From: Syntrophomonadaceae bacterium
GTDB lineage: Bacteria; Bacillota; Dethiobacteria; DTU022; UBA8154
DNA: 64,000 nucleotides
Direction of reading: 5' to 3'
Assembly (NCBI GenBank): GCA_007135125.1
Contig: SLJK01000053.1
Coordinates: 3,974 to 67,973, forward strand
Shown here piece after piece: positions 32,117-40,740 of this stretch (its first letter is position 1; every line of letters begins with the position of its first letter). The notes below the pieces were generated by a model, which worked only from the letters and a program-made list of their open reading frames with translations, was not told the origin of the DNA and searched no databases. The translations under genes and the position numbers were made by a program.

Positions 32117-32156
32117 CAGGCAACATTCATTTATAATTTCTCAAATTACAGTAGGA

Positions 32157-32429
32157 TTAATCTTCATAATATTTAGCTACGTCTTCTAAATTATTTTCCA
32201 ACATTCTTAGCTGCTCTCTGAAATATTTTGCCTTTTCTTCTAGTAATCTTTTTTCTCCAACTGCTCTGCTACCGTAAAACAATGGTGTGCGGTATCCAGG
32301 CTTCCACCAACGCCTGCGCCCCTGCACAGGGTTGGCAAAGCCTGGCATTGGATATCCTGCACAGTAACCTGCAAACCTTCCTTTCCCAGAGCCAGACCCT
32401 AAGGGCCCTGTACCATCTCCACCAGGCAT
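32157..32429 (-). CDS. DUF5320-family small protein (Gly-rich N-terminus with GYCAGY motif, C-terminal coiled coil)
   Basis: 90 aa; MPGGDGTGPLGSGSGKGRFAGYCAGY...; paralog of 37903-38220; strong RBS (AAAAAAAGGAGGGA). Confidence 0.8.
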   Translation of the reverse strand: MPGGDGTGPLGSGSGKGRFAGYCAGYPMPGFANPVQGRRRWWKPGYRTPLFYGSRAVGEKRLLEEKAKYFREQLRMLENNLEDVAKYYED

Positions 32430-32520
32430 TCTCTAATCCCTCCTTTTTTTGTTATGTTCGAAGTACTCTGCACAAACATTTTGGACTTATATTCATATTA
32501 ATATTAAACAATATATTGGA

Positions 32521-32538
32521 CATATGTCAATTTCTATT
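32521..32538 (-). promoter_or_regulatory. Conserved box 1 (CATATGTCAATTTCTATT; minus strand carries TTGACA -35 then a TTAATA -10-like element 17 nt downstream), copy A
   Basis: 16 of 18 identical to 41204-41221; reverse complement AATAGAAATTGACATATG contains TTGACA. Confidence 0.55.
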
Positions 32539-32589
32539 AAAGGCTGAATAATTGTATAAGAAGCGCTTAGAACAAATAAGCAGCAATTT

Positions 32590-32614
32590 TTAATGATAAT
32601 GAGAATCTTTCTCT
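32590..32614. promoter_or_regulatory. Conserved box 2, Fur-box-like (TTAATGATAATGAGAATCTTTCTCT), copy A
   Basis: 20-bp core GATAATGAGAATCTTTCTCT identical to 41279-41298; 16/19 match to the classical Fur box GATAATGATAATCATTATC; 74 bp from box 1. Confidence 0.5.
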
Positions 32615-32694
32615 ACGATACGGTATACTTCTTATGATGTTAATAAGATTTAAGCAAAATCATAATTACACTATGAATAGCACTTAGGTTAAAA

Positions 32695-33303
32695 TTAAAC
32701 ATAGTAAATGTTGTCTGCCAATTCAATACATTCTTCTGAATCGTGTGTAACATAAAGGGTCGTCAGTATTAACTTCCTTTGCAGCCTCTTAAATTGACGC
32801 CTGAGTCGAATAACAATATTTTCATCGAGGCTGTTTAAAGGCTCGTCCATCAACAAAACACCTGGACGTGGAGCAAACGTTCTTGCTAATGCTACCCTCC
32901 GCTTTTCTCCACCGCTTAAATTTTGCGGGTAGCGATTTTCCAGGTGGGTGATTTCAAAAAGTTCCATCAATTCATCTACCTGTTCCTTTATTTTCTCTGG
33001 GGGAATTTTTTTTATTTTCAAACCGTAAGCAATATTATTGAAAACAGATAGGTGCGGGAACAAATGGAGGCCCTGGAACAGGTAACCAATATTTCTTTTT
33101 TGGGGTGGAACACAATCCATAGGTACATCGTTAAAAAAAACATACCCTTCATAAGCAATCAACCCTGCAACGATATTAAGCAAAGTCGTTTTGCCTGATC
33201 CTGTAGGGCCATAAATAACCCGCAATTCACCACGGTCAACCTTTAAAGAATAAGAACGTTCTACAAAACTTGGTTTAGCGTCGCATACTTTTATTTCAGG
33301 CAT
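32695..33303 (-). CDS. ABC transporter ATP-binding protein (NitT/TauT-like)
   Basis: 202 aa; Walker A GPTGSGKTT, signature LSGGEKRR, Walker B LLMDEP. Confidence 0.85.
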   Translation of the reverse strand: MPEIKVCDAKPSFVERSYSLKVDRGELRVIYGPTGSGKTTLLNIVAGLIAYEGYVFFNDVPMDCVPPQKRNIGYLFQGLHLFPHLSVFNNIAYGLKIKKIPPEKIKEQVDELMELFEITHLENRYPQNLSGGEKRRVALARTFAPRPGVLLMDEPLNSLDENIVIRLRRQFKRLQRKLILTTLYVTHDSEECIELADNIYYV

Positions 33304-34063
33304 CCGGGTTCCTCCATTTAGAAGTTAACTTATTTTCTATCAATAGAAATATTTTTTCTGAACAGAAACACAACAAAGATAAAATTAGTAAGCAAACAAT
33401 AATAATGTCGACTCTCAGTAAGCTTTCACCTTTCATTAATAATGATCCTAAACCAGTGGATATGGCTACCATTTCTGCAGCAATAATTACTCGCCAAGCC
33501 ATGCCGGCTTCCAGTTTTAAGCCCGTAAAAATGTTGGGTAATGCCAGCGGAAGCACTATGGTGGTTAAAACCTGCCACTCTGAAGCCCCCAGCATTTTTG
33601 ATGCTTTGACCAAACTTAGATCAACACTTTTCACACCCGTCATAGTGTTGTAAAGCATAGGGAAAAAAGCACAAATAAAGACAATCATCACCGGCAGTAA
33701 TTCATTAATACCTATCCATAGAATAAAAAGCGGCAACCATCCAATAGCAGGGATGGGGTAAAGAATGCTAATAATTGGACTAATATTGCTTCGAATAACC
33801 TCATTCCATCCCATAGCGATTCCTAAAACTAAACCGGTACAAGCTCCCAAGAAAAACCCGGCTGCCACTCTTAAAAAACTTGCCTTTACATGGTTAAATA
33901 GCAAACCTTCGCTTACTAGTAAACAAAAACACTTAAACACCTGTGAAGCAGGTGGAAATAAACTTTGATCTGGGAAAAAGTATCGTGAGCTAATTTCCCA
34001 GACGATAAACAGGAGAATAACAGGTTTAAGTGTATTTAAGTAAGAAATAATTATTTTAGCCAC
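33296..34063 (-). CDS. ABC transporter permease (NitT/TauT family)
   Basis: 255 aa; 6 TM; BPD_transp_1-type EAA-like loop; 8-bp overlap with the ATPase gene. Confidence 0.8.
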   Translation of the reverse strand: MAKIIISYLNTLKPVILLFIVWEISSRYFFPDQSLFPPASQVFKCFCLLVSEGLLFNHVKASFLRVAAGFFLGACTGLVLGIAMGWNEVIRSNISPIISILYPIPAIGWLPLFILWIGINELLPVMIVFICAFFPMLYNTMTGVKSVDLSLVKASKMLGASEWQVLTTIVLPLALPNIFTGLKLEAGMAWRVIIAAEMVAISTGLGSLLMKGESLLRVDIIIVCLLILSLLCFCSEKIFLLIENKLTSKWRNPDA

Positions 34064-34075
34064 GAAAGCACCTAT

Positions 34076-35083
34076 TTAAAAATTTTGAAAAAGAATTTCT
34101 TCTGCAGGAAAGGAGCTTTGAATATAATCCAAGGTTTCCAGGTAATCTATAGCTTCCTGAATTTCTTCGTGCTGCAGCTTTACACAATATTTATGATTGG
34201 TCAACGCTTTTTCCAAAATAGCAAGTGTAAATCTATAATTATCCCGGGGGAAAGCGTCACCTGTTTGTTCAATTATACCCGATGTTACATTAAGGTGATT
34301 GAAAATGATCTCGGCTGTTTCATGTGGATTATCATTAACCCAAGCAGTTGCCTTTGCGTTTACCTGTAGCATTTTTTCTACCAAGTCTGGATTTTCTTTA
34401 ATTAATTCATCTTTAACCACAAGGACACTGCCTTGCATTTCAGGCCATATTTCTGCGCCAGAAATAAACATTTTAAATCCACAGGCTTCGGCCAATGAAG
34501 CATAATGCTCAGGCAACATTACTACATCCAGATCACCTTTAATAAACAAAAGTATCTGTTTATGAGGGGTTAATCGTGATATATTTTCCAAGACTCTTTC
34601 TCTATCAAGATCGTGTTTTTCAATAAGGAGGTGAAGAGCTACATCTGCGGCACTGCCTTCCCTGGGACATCCTATACGAATATCTTTTTTCTCTAAATCG
34701 TTTAAAGTCTTGATTTCTGTTGGATTAACCACCATTCCATATCCATATTTATGAGTACCAGCAATAATTTTCAGATCAACCCCGCCATTAGCATAAGCTA
34801 TAATAGCCGGAGTCAGGCAAATATAAGCAGCCTGTACCTCCCCGCGGGTCAGTGCTGCAGCAAGTGCCAAACCCGTTTCATAGGTTTCATATGTGCCAAC
34901 ATTTATGCCTTCTTCTGCGAACCAGTTCTTTTCTAACGCAATAAAAGCAGCAGCAGCATGACTGTTCTGCTCCAGAGCTAGTCCAATTTCCCCCTGTTTC
35001 TCTCGGCATCCGGAAAAGACAAGAAAACTGTTCAACAACAATAACAATATTATAAATGATGCACTTTTTTTGACAAAAACCAC
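34076..35083 (-). CDS. ABC transporter substrate-binding lipoprotein (NMT1/THI5-like, NitT/TauT family)
   Basis: 335 aa; signal peptide + lipobox (FSGC); periplasmic binding fold. Confidence 0.75.
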   Translation of the reverse strand: MVFVKKSASFIILLLLLNSFLVFSGCREKQGEIGLALEQNSHAAAAFIALEKNWFAEEGINVGTYETYETGLALAAALTRGEVQAAYICLTPAIIAYANGGVDLKIIAGTHKYGYGMVVNPTEIKTLNDLEKKDIRIGCPREGSAADVALHLLIEKHDLDRERVLENISRLTPHKQILLFIKGDLDVVMLPEHYASLAEACGFKMFISGAEIWPEMQGSVLVVKDELIKENPDLVEKMLQVNAKATAWVNDNPHETAEIIFNHLNVTSGIIEQTGDAFPRDNYRFTLAILEKALTNHKYCVKLQHEEIQEAIDYLETLDYIQSSFPAEEILFQNF

Positions 35084-35105
35084 GGCACCTTTCCCCCTCC
35101 GTTAA

Positions 35106-35849
35106 TTAAGTACTCAATGGACAGAACCAAGACAATTTCAGTAGCCGCGATGAGCCTGCAATCGTTGTTCCGTAATAAATTATTTTCTCCTTATCCATAA
35201 ACATGTTGATAGTTCTGTTGGTAAGGACAGTGCCGGTGACCAAAGCCAGGTCACACCACTCCAGGTTTTCAGAAGTAGAAGCTTCTCCTTCCACAGAAAC
35301 CTGCCCAACTTTCTTTCCCCAGTTTTCCCTATCGAGATCGTTAATGCGCAGCGGGAAATTAACTTCCAGAACTTCCGCCATTCGCGGTTGAAAACCCACC
35401 AGGCTGATCTTTGGATGAACCAGGTGACAATAATTTTTCAGATATACCGGTAATTCACGGGCACATGACTGGGGCTGCTCATTTTTGCAATGCTCGCTGG
35501 CCGGGATCAATCTCAGGTATCGCATAGTAGCGTTTAAAGCAGCTATAAAAATGGTTATTTCTTGGCTGTTATGTAAGGGAAGCTTCAAAACTTGGGAAAG
35601 GCTCCCATGAAAACTACCTACACTACTGCTGTATGCCTGTCCTGCTACTCCCTTAAAGACAGCCTCTGTTAAGGATTCTTTGCCTTTTAATAAAGCATAG
35701 TCTTTCTCCTTTGGGTTACCAAGGGCTTGCTCGGGAGAAAGTGGGCGAGCCGTGATTTTTACCTGGTCCTCAAAAAGATTGTTATCGATGAGGATATTTT
35801 TCCACGTTGACCATAGTTTTTTATATATATCTGTTTCTGTAAAGAACAT
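35106..35849 (-). CDS. DUF364/DUF4213-like protein (putative heavy-metal chelation / Rossmann-like domain)
   Basis: 247 aa; C-terminal LVTGTVLTN...YGTTIAGSS pattern typical of DUF364; first gene of the ABC operon. Confidence 0.5.
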   Translation of the reverse strand: MFFTETDIYKKLWSTWKNILIDNNLFEDQVKITARPLSPEQALGNPKEKDYALLKGKESLTEAVFKGVAGQAYSSSVGSFHGSLSQVLKLPLHNSQEITIFIAALNATMRYLRLIPASEHCKNEQPQSCARELPVYLKNYCHLVHPKISLVGFQPRMAEVLEVNFPLRINDLDRENWGKKVGQVSVEGEASTSENLEWCDLALVTGTVLTNRTINMFMDKEKIIYYGTTIAGSSRLLKLSWFCPLST

Positions 35850-35974
35850 AGCTAAGAACCTCCTGTTTTTATTTGAAATTTGAAATATCAGTTAATAATT
35901 GAATATCATAAAGCGTTATACTTAGTTTAATATAACGAATTGCAAAAAAAACACGGTAATGCTTAACTTTTCTT

Positions 35975-36000
35975 TTTTCTATAAAACTTTTCTATAAAAC
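35975..36000. repeat. Tandem 13-bp direct repeat TTTTCTATAAAAC x2, followed by a weak hairpin/A-run (weak terminator for the minD-like operon on the minus strand)
   Basis: Read directly; lies between the second MinD-FeS gene stop and the DUF364 gene start. Confidence 0.4.
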
Positions 36001-36050
36001 ACAAAAAAACCCTTACGGGACATAAAGAAAATATTTATACAAAAAGAGCA

Positions 36051-36920
36051 TCAGATTGCTAAATATTTTTTGACCTGCTCCCAAGTTTCGTTAATTCTCT
36101 TTGCTGCAGGACTATCCCCGTATTCCACAACTGATACACCTTGGAGCATTGCTTCCGTAACCTTCCTATCCAAAGGAACTTTACCTGCTACGGGCACTTC
36201 AGCGGAATTACAGTACTCTTCTATCTTGTATGTATTCTCTTCGTCCAAATCATAGCGATTAATACAGACCAGTGCAGGTACTTTAAAATGCCTGCAAACT
36301 GCCAGCACACGCTCCATGTCATGAACTCCAGGCAAAGTAGGTTCGGTCACTACCAGTGCAACACTAACACCTGCCAAAGAGGCTATAACAGGACAGCCGA
36401 TACCTGGCGGGCCATCGGTAATAATACGCTGTTTGCTTTCTTCATTAGCAACCTCCTTGGCTTTATTCCGGACCAGGGTAACCAACTTGCCGGAATTCTC
36501 CTCCGCTATCCCGAGGCGTGCGTGCACCAAGGGGCCATGAGCAGTTTGAGAAATAAACCACTGCCCTGAAATCACCTCTTCATAAACTATAGCTTCTTCA
36601 GGACAGGAATGGTAGCAAACACCGCATCCTTCGCAGGAAAGGAGATCAACATCGTAAGCATTCGAAATTGCATCAAAACGACAAAGTTCACGGCACAAAT
36701 TACAGCCCGTGCACTTATCATGATTAATAAATGCTTTCTTCGAAGCCCGAAAATCATGTCGCTCCAAGAGGGCAGGATGCATTATTAGACTCAGGTTAGC
36801 AGCATCAACATCACAATCTGTAAAGACGCTATCCGTGGAAAGAGCAGCAAAACAACCCGTAATAGAAGTTTTGCCGGTGCCACCTTTTCCACTTATAACA
36901 GATATTTCTTTCATATTCAT
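36051..36920 (-). CDS. MinD/ParA-type P-loop ATPase with inserted 2x[4Fe-4S] ferredoxin domain
   Basis: 289 aa; deviant Walker A SGKGGTGKTS; CTGCNLCRELC and CEGCGVCYHSCP ferredoxin motifs. Confidence 0.85.
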   Translation of the reverse strand: MNMKEISVISGKGGTGKTSITGCFAALSTDSVFTDCDVDAANLSLIMHPALLERHDFRASKKAFINHDKCTGCNLCRELCRFDAISNAYDVDLLSCEGCGVCYHSCPEEAIVYEEVISGQWFISQTAHGPLVHARLGIAEENSGKLVTLVRNKAKEVANEESKQRIITDGPPGIGCPVIASLAGVSVALVVTEPTLPGVHDMERVLAVCRHFKVPALVCINRYDLDEENTYKIEEYCNSAEVPVAGKVPLDRKVTEAMLQGVSVVEYGDSPAAKRINETWEQVKKYLAI

Positions 36921-36939
36921 TTCCCTTCCATCCTGCTTT

Positions 36940-37788
36940 TTATTTATAAAGCTTCATCCGTAACAGGATTTGATCCCACAATTCCCTGAACCGTTTTTCC
37001 CAGAATGAGGAATGCATTGCTATTGGTTCACCCCTGGCATAAAGAACAGCTAACTCTCTGTCCCAGGGAATCTGCATAAGAACAGGCAGTCCTTCTTCCC
37101 GGCAGTATCTCTCAACATCTCTATTGCCCACATCTGCCTGATTAATAAGCACACCTGCTGGAACATGAAGCTTTTTTAACATCTCCACGGCCAGTTCCAG
37201 GTCGTGAAGACCAAAGGGAGTAGGTTCCGTTACCAACAGGCAAAAATCACTTTCCCGTATTGTTTCAACTACCGGGCAGGAAGTACCAGGCGGAGCATCA
37301 ATCAGAACATGTTTTAAAGGATCAATTTTCTTTTTTAGGGCATTGATGACTGGAGGGGACATGGCCTCTCCAGGATTTAAGCTCCCTTGTAAAAAATCAA
37401 ATCCGTATGCTTTTCCCTCTTCTATCAGGCCTATACCACGAGGTACTTCTGAAATAGCTCCTTTCGGGCAAAAGTAGCTGCAGCCTCCACAGCCATGGCA
37501 AAGTTCGGGGAAAACCAGTACACTTTCTCCAAGAACTGCCAGGGCATTGAAGGCACATATCTCTGAACACCGTCCACATTTGCTGCATTTTTCTTCATTT
37601 ATCTCAGGAACTAAAATATTGACCGTTTCAGAAATATTAAAATCAGGTTTCAGAAAAATGTGCGCATTAGGTTCCTCCACATCGCAGTCTATAAACTGAA
37701 GCTCTTCCTGGCTTTGCGTCAGGGCCAGGTTAACAGCAACGGTGGTTTTCCCTGTTCCTCCTTTTCCACTGGCTATCGAAATAATCAT
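36940..37788 (-). CDS. MinD/ParA-type P-loop ATPase with inserted 2x[4Fe-4S] ferredoxin domain (paralog)
   Basis: 282 aa; SGKGGTGKTT; CSKCGRCSEIC and CHGCGGCSYFCP. Confidence 0.85.
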   Translation of the reverse strand: MIISIASGKGGTGKTTVAVNLALTQSQEELQFIDCDVEEPNAHIFLKPDFNISETVNILVPEINEEKCSKCGRCSEICAFNALAVLGESVLVFPELCHGCGGCSYFCPKGAISEVPRGIGLIEEGKAYGFDFLQGSLNPGEAMSPPVINALKKKIDPLKHVLIDAPPGTSCPVVETIRESDFCLLVTEPTPFGLHDLELAVEMLKKLHVPAGVLINQADVGNRDVERYCREEGLPVLMQIPWDRELAVLYARGEPIAMHSSFWEKRFRELWDQILLRMKLYK

Positions 37789-37862
37789 TTATATCTCTCC
37801 AATTTATAGTGCTTATCATAATGCTGCAAAGTGTAAACTAGTACATCAAAAATTATGTACCG

Positions 37863-37895
37863 ACCCGGGAGGCTGTGGACACTTTACTCCCGGGT
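37863..37895 (-). repeat. 9-bp perfect-stem hairpin (ACCCGGGAG-15nt-CTCCCGGGT) 8 nt after the DUF5320 stop, with a T5 run 10 nt further on the minus strand; possible intra-operon attenuator
   Basis: Read directly; T-run is displaced from the stem, so terminator strength is doubtful. Confidence 0.35.
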
Positions 37896-37902
37896 CCTGA
37901 CC

Positions 37903-38220
37903 TTACTGGCTCTTCTGCTCATTTTCTAAATCAGCCAGCTTTTTTTCAATTTCCTCAAGTTCTGATCTTACGGCTTCTGCCTGCTGCTTTAGATAGTCAG
38001 CCTCTTCTTCAGGTTCAGGCTCCGGAACAAGCATCCAGGGCGGATAAGGAAAATAGCCCGCACCATACCGGTGGCATGGCCCAAACCAGCCAGGGTAAAA
38101 ACCTGCAGCAGCAGCAGCACTATTGGTATAAGCACCGCCTCTAAAGCCACCGCTTCCTGGAACCCAACCAGTGCCCCTTTTCCAAAATCCGGGGCCGTAC
38201 CAATATCTACCTCTTGGCAT
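37903..38220 (-). CDS. DUF5320-family small protein (second paralog)
   Basis: 105 aa; Gly/aromatic-rich N-terminus, one Cys, acidic linker, C-terminal coiled coil (LKQQAEAVRSELEEIEKKLADLE). Confidence 0.8.
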   Translation of the reverse strand: MPRGRYWYGPGFWKRGTGWVPGSGGFRGGAYTNSAAAAAGFYPGWFGPCHRYGAGYFPYPPWMLVPEPEPEEEADYLKQQAEAVRSELEEIEKKLADLENEQKSQ

Positions 38221-38306
38221 CGTTCTTCCCTCCCTTCAGTTAATATGTTCCCTTTCTCCCTAATTGTTTGCGCAACTTTCATTTAATACTTTTTGCCGGT
38301 CATATT

Positions 38307-39077
38307 TTACTCTTCGTGACAGTCATGAGTCCCACCATGCTGACCATGCTCACAAAGGCTTTCCCCTCCTGCCAGGCTGCCATAAAGATAGCTGTTGATA
38401 GCTTCTTCTACCGGTCCCGTAACACCGATAATTGTTTTGATCTCCTGTTCAGCAAAGAGATTCTGAGCCCGAGGACCCATTCCGCCGGCAATCACACAAT
38501 CAACACCTTTTTCCGCCAGGAAACGAGGCAAAAAGCCGGGCTGATGGCCTGGATTAAGGACGGTAGTTTTATTCGTCGCTACACCGCCTTCAATATCTAC
38601 CAGGGTATAGGCAGAGCAGCGTCCAAAATGCTGTGCTACTTCTGTTCCCTCAGTAGCGACAGCAACTTTAAGATCCTGCGAAAGGTGTTCGGTCCCCCTT
38701 CTCTCAGAGGAGGAGTCCAATCCAGCATGGGGGCTCACGGTTGCCTCGACCACCGGGCTGCAGTTCCCATGAAGGTACTGTTCCAGGGCTTCAGTTAGAG
38801 GCATTTCTGAAATTGAATAGACCTCCATCTCAGCTGATTTTAAAATGCTTGAGGCGTTAGGTCCCACATCACCTGTAAGAAGCACATCGGGTTTTTGTTC
38901 TAGCAAAAACTGTGCTGCCTTAACTCCCGCCCCACTACCCTCCACGGAGCCGGGGTTAGGCATAAAAGTCCATGTTTCTTTTTCCGTATCGAAAAAAGCA
39001 TAAAATGGGCACCTTCCGAAACGCGGTTCAAGTGAGGAGTTCTCTTCTTTACCGTTAGCACTAATAGCTATAATCAT
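38307..39077 (-). CDS. Tandem NifX/NifB-C-terminal-like (dinitrogenase FeMo-cofactor-binding fold) domain protein
   Basis: 256 aa; two copies of the ...HFGRC(P/S)xYxxVD...GVDxVIAGGMG... pattern; Cys/His-rich tail CEHGQHGGTHDCHEE. Confidence 0.8.
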   Translation of the reverse strand: MIIAISANGKEENSSLEPRFGRCPFYAFFDTEKETWTFMPNPGSVEGSGAGVKAAQFLLEQKPDVLLTGDVGPNASSILKSAEMEVYSISEMPLTEALEQYLHGNCSPVVEATVSPHAGLDSSSERRGTEHLSQDLKVAVATEGTEVAQHFGRCSAYTLVDIEGGVATNKTTVLNPGHQPGFLPRFLAEKGVDCVIAGGMGPRAQNLFAEQEIKTIIGVTGPVEEAINSYLYGSLAGGESLCEHGQHGGTHDCHEE

Positions 39078-39079
39078 TA

Positions 39080-39880
39080 TTACATTCCTCCTGTTTGTGT
39101 TTTCATTTGATGTGATTCCAGCAATTTATGGAACAGATCACTGCTATATTCCTCTACAGAGCCACTATCACAGCATTTTGCCAGACTTTGATCAAGAGGA
39201 AGACTGGCTAAGAATGGAATACCCGTCAAACTTGCCACTTCCGCTCCTTTACTCTTACCAAATATTTCTATTTTTGTTTGACAATGGGGGCAATACTGAT
39301 AGCTCATATTTTCCACCAGGCCCAAGATTGGGATATCCATGGCACCTGCCATCTTCATGGCCTTTTTGACGACCATTATCGCCAGATCCTGGGGTGAACT
39401 AACAATAACCAACCCATCTAATGAAATGGACTGCATAACGGTGAGCGGAACATCTGACGTGCCTGGTGGTAGGTCAATAAAAAGATAATCCAACTCACCC
39501 CACTCCACTTCTCTCCAAAATTGACTTACTGTATTACCGATGAGCGGCCCGCGCCAGATAACAGGGTCATCTTCATGCATTAACAACAAATTTAATGACA
39601 TAATCTTTATACCCAGTTTACTCTGGGTAGGAGCAAGACCTTTTGCCCCGTCAGAAACCTTTAATCCAAACATTTTTGGTATACTGGGGCCGGTAATATC
39701 TGCATCCAAGATACCCACTTTATACCCGTGTTTGCTGGCACCCGCCGCTAGCAGGGCAGTTATCGAGGATTTTCCCACTCCTCCTTTCCCGCTCATAACG
39801 GCAATGACATGTTTAACATCAGGGCGGATTATTTTTTCCGGTCTTTTGCTTTCTTGATTTTGAGAAGCTTTACAATTCAC
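39080..39880 (-). CDS. apbC: Mrp/NBP35/ApbC-family Fe-S cluster carrier ATPase
   Basis: 266 aa; SGKGGVGKSS Walker A; conserved CPHC motif (YQYCPHCQ). Confidence 0.85.
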   Translation of the reverse strand: MNCKASQNQESKRPEKIIRPDVKHVIAVMSGKGGVGKSSITALLAAGASKHGYKVGILDADITGPSIPKMFGLKVSDGAKGLAPTQSKLGIKIMSLNLLLMHEDDPVIWRGPLIGNTVSQFWREVEWGELDYLFIDLPPGTSDVPLTVMQSISLDGLVIVSSPQDLAIMVVKKAMKMAGAMDIPILGLVENMSYQYCPHCQTKIEIFGKSKGAEVASLTGIPFLASLPLDQSLAKCCDSGSVEEYSSDLFHKLLESHQMKTQTGGM

Positions 39881-39903
39881 TCAAACAGATCTCCTTTCGA
39901 CTC

Positions 39904-40692
39904 TCAATTTTTTATTAACAGGTGTGTAAAAAGGTAGGGATTAAGCACTTCAATATGAGTTCCCTTCATCCCCAGCGAACGAGATTCTATTACACCAGCA
40001 CTTTCAAGCTTGCGCAGGGCATTAACAATAACAGAACGGGTTATACCCGCTTGGTCAGCAATTTTGCTTGCCACCAACAACCCTCTATCGTTTTGAAGTT
40101 CATTAAAAACTTCCTCCAATGCCTCATGCTCCGAATATGAAAGTGTACTAATAGCCAACTTGCTGATTTCCTGTTGTCGTATTTCCTCTTCCGATTTTTC
40201 CGCCTTGGAACGCAGTATCTCCATACCCACTACCGTTGCACCTGTTTCGGAAAGAATAAGATCTTCGGGTTCAAAAACTTCATTAAAGCGAGCCAGCAGT
40301 AAGGTACCCAACCGCTCCCCGGCGCCTAAAATCGGTATGACAGTAACTAATTTTCCTGTAAACAAGCATTCTGCATCTTCCCAAAAAACACATCTATTAC
40401 GTTTCTGTTTAAGGTTGTCCCTCAATTCATCATCCCTTAAAAGAAACTGGTTATACTTTTCCGGGAAATACATCTTTTTTAAAACCCGATTAACCATGAT
40501 TTCACACTCGTATTCATCGACAAGAGCATATCCCATAATAATACCTGCTCTGTCCACGATATACACATTTGCCTTAATTACATCTTTGAGCACCATGGCA
40601 ATTTCCTTAAAATCAACGTACCTGCCTTCACCTTTTTGAAAAATTTTGTTAATAGAACGGGTTTTTTCCAACATTTGAGAGGCTATCATCAT
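39904..40692 (-). CDS. codY: GTP-sensing pleiotropic repressor CodY
   Basis: 262 aa; near-identical C-terminal wHTH to B. subtilis CodY (ASKIADxxGITRSVIVNALRKLESAGVIESRSLGMKGT); GAF-like N-domain. Confidence 0.85.
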   Translation of the reverse strand: MMIASQMLEKTRSINKIFQKGEGRYVDFKEIAMVLKDVIKANVYIVDRAGIIMGYALVDEYECEIMVNRVLKKMYFPEKYNQFLLRDDELRDNLKQKRNRCVFWEDAECLFTGKLVTVIPILGAGERLGTLLLARFNEVFEPEDLILSETGATVVGMEILRSKAEKSEEEIRQQEISKLAISTLSYSEHEALEEVFNELQNDRGLLVASKIADQAGITRSVIVNALRKLESAGVIESRSLGMKGTHIEVLNPYLFTHLLIKN

Positions 40693-40740
40693 TATCGCCC
40701 TCTTTCTTATTTAAATTATTACACATTTATAACTCTCCCT

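Noticed and set aside
29959-32156. Cys-rich precursor peptide for the SPASM radical SAM enzyme
   Set aside because: Manual translation of all flanking intergenic stretches on the operon strand yielded only tiny ORFs without Cys or RBS; none is reported as a feature.
32007-32189. 60-aa plus-strand ORF overlapping the DUF5320-fur intergenic stem-loop
   Set aside because: Antisense to the operon direction, overlaps the DUF5320 3' end, no SD; better explained by the RNA stem-loop.
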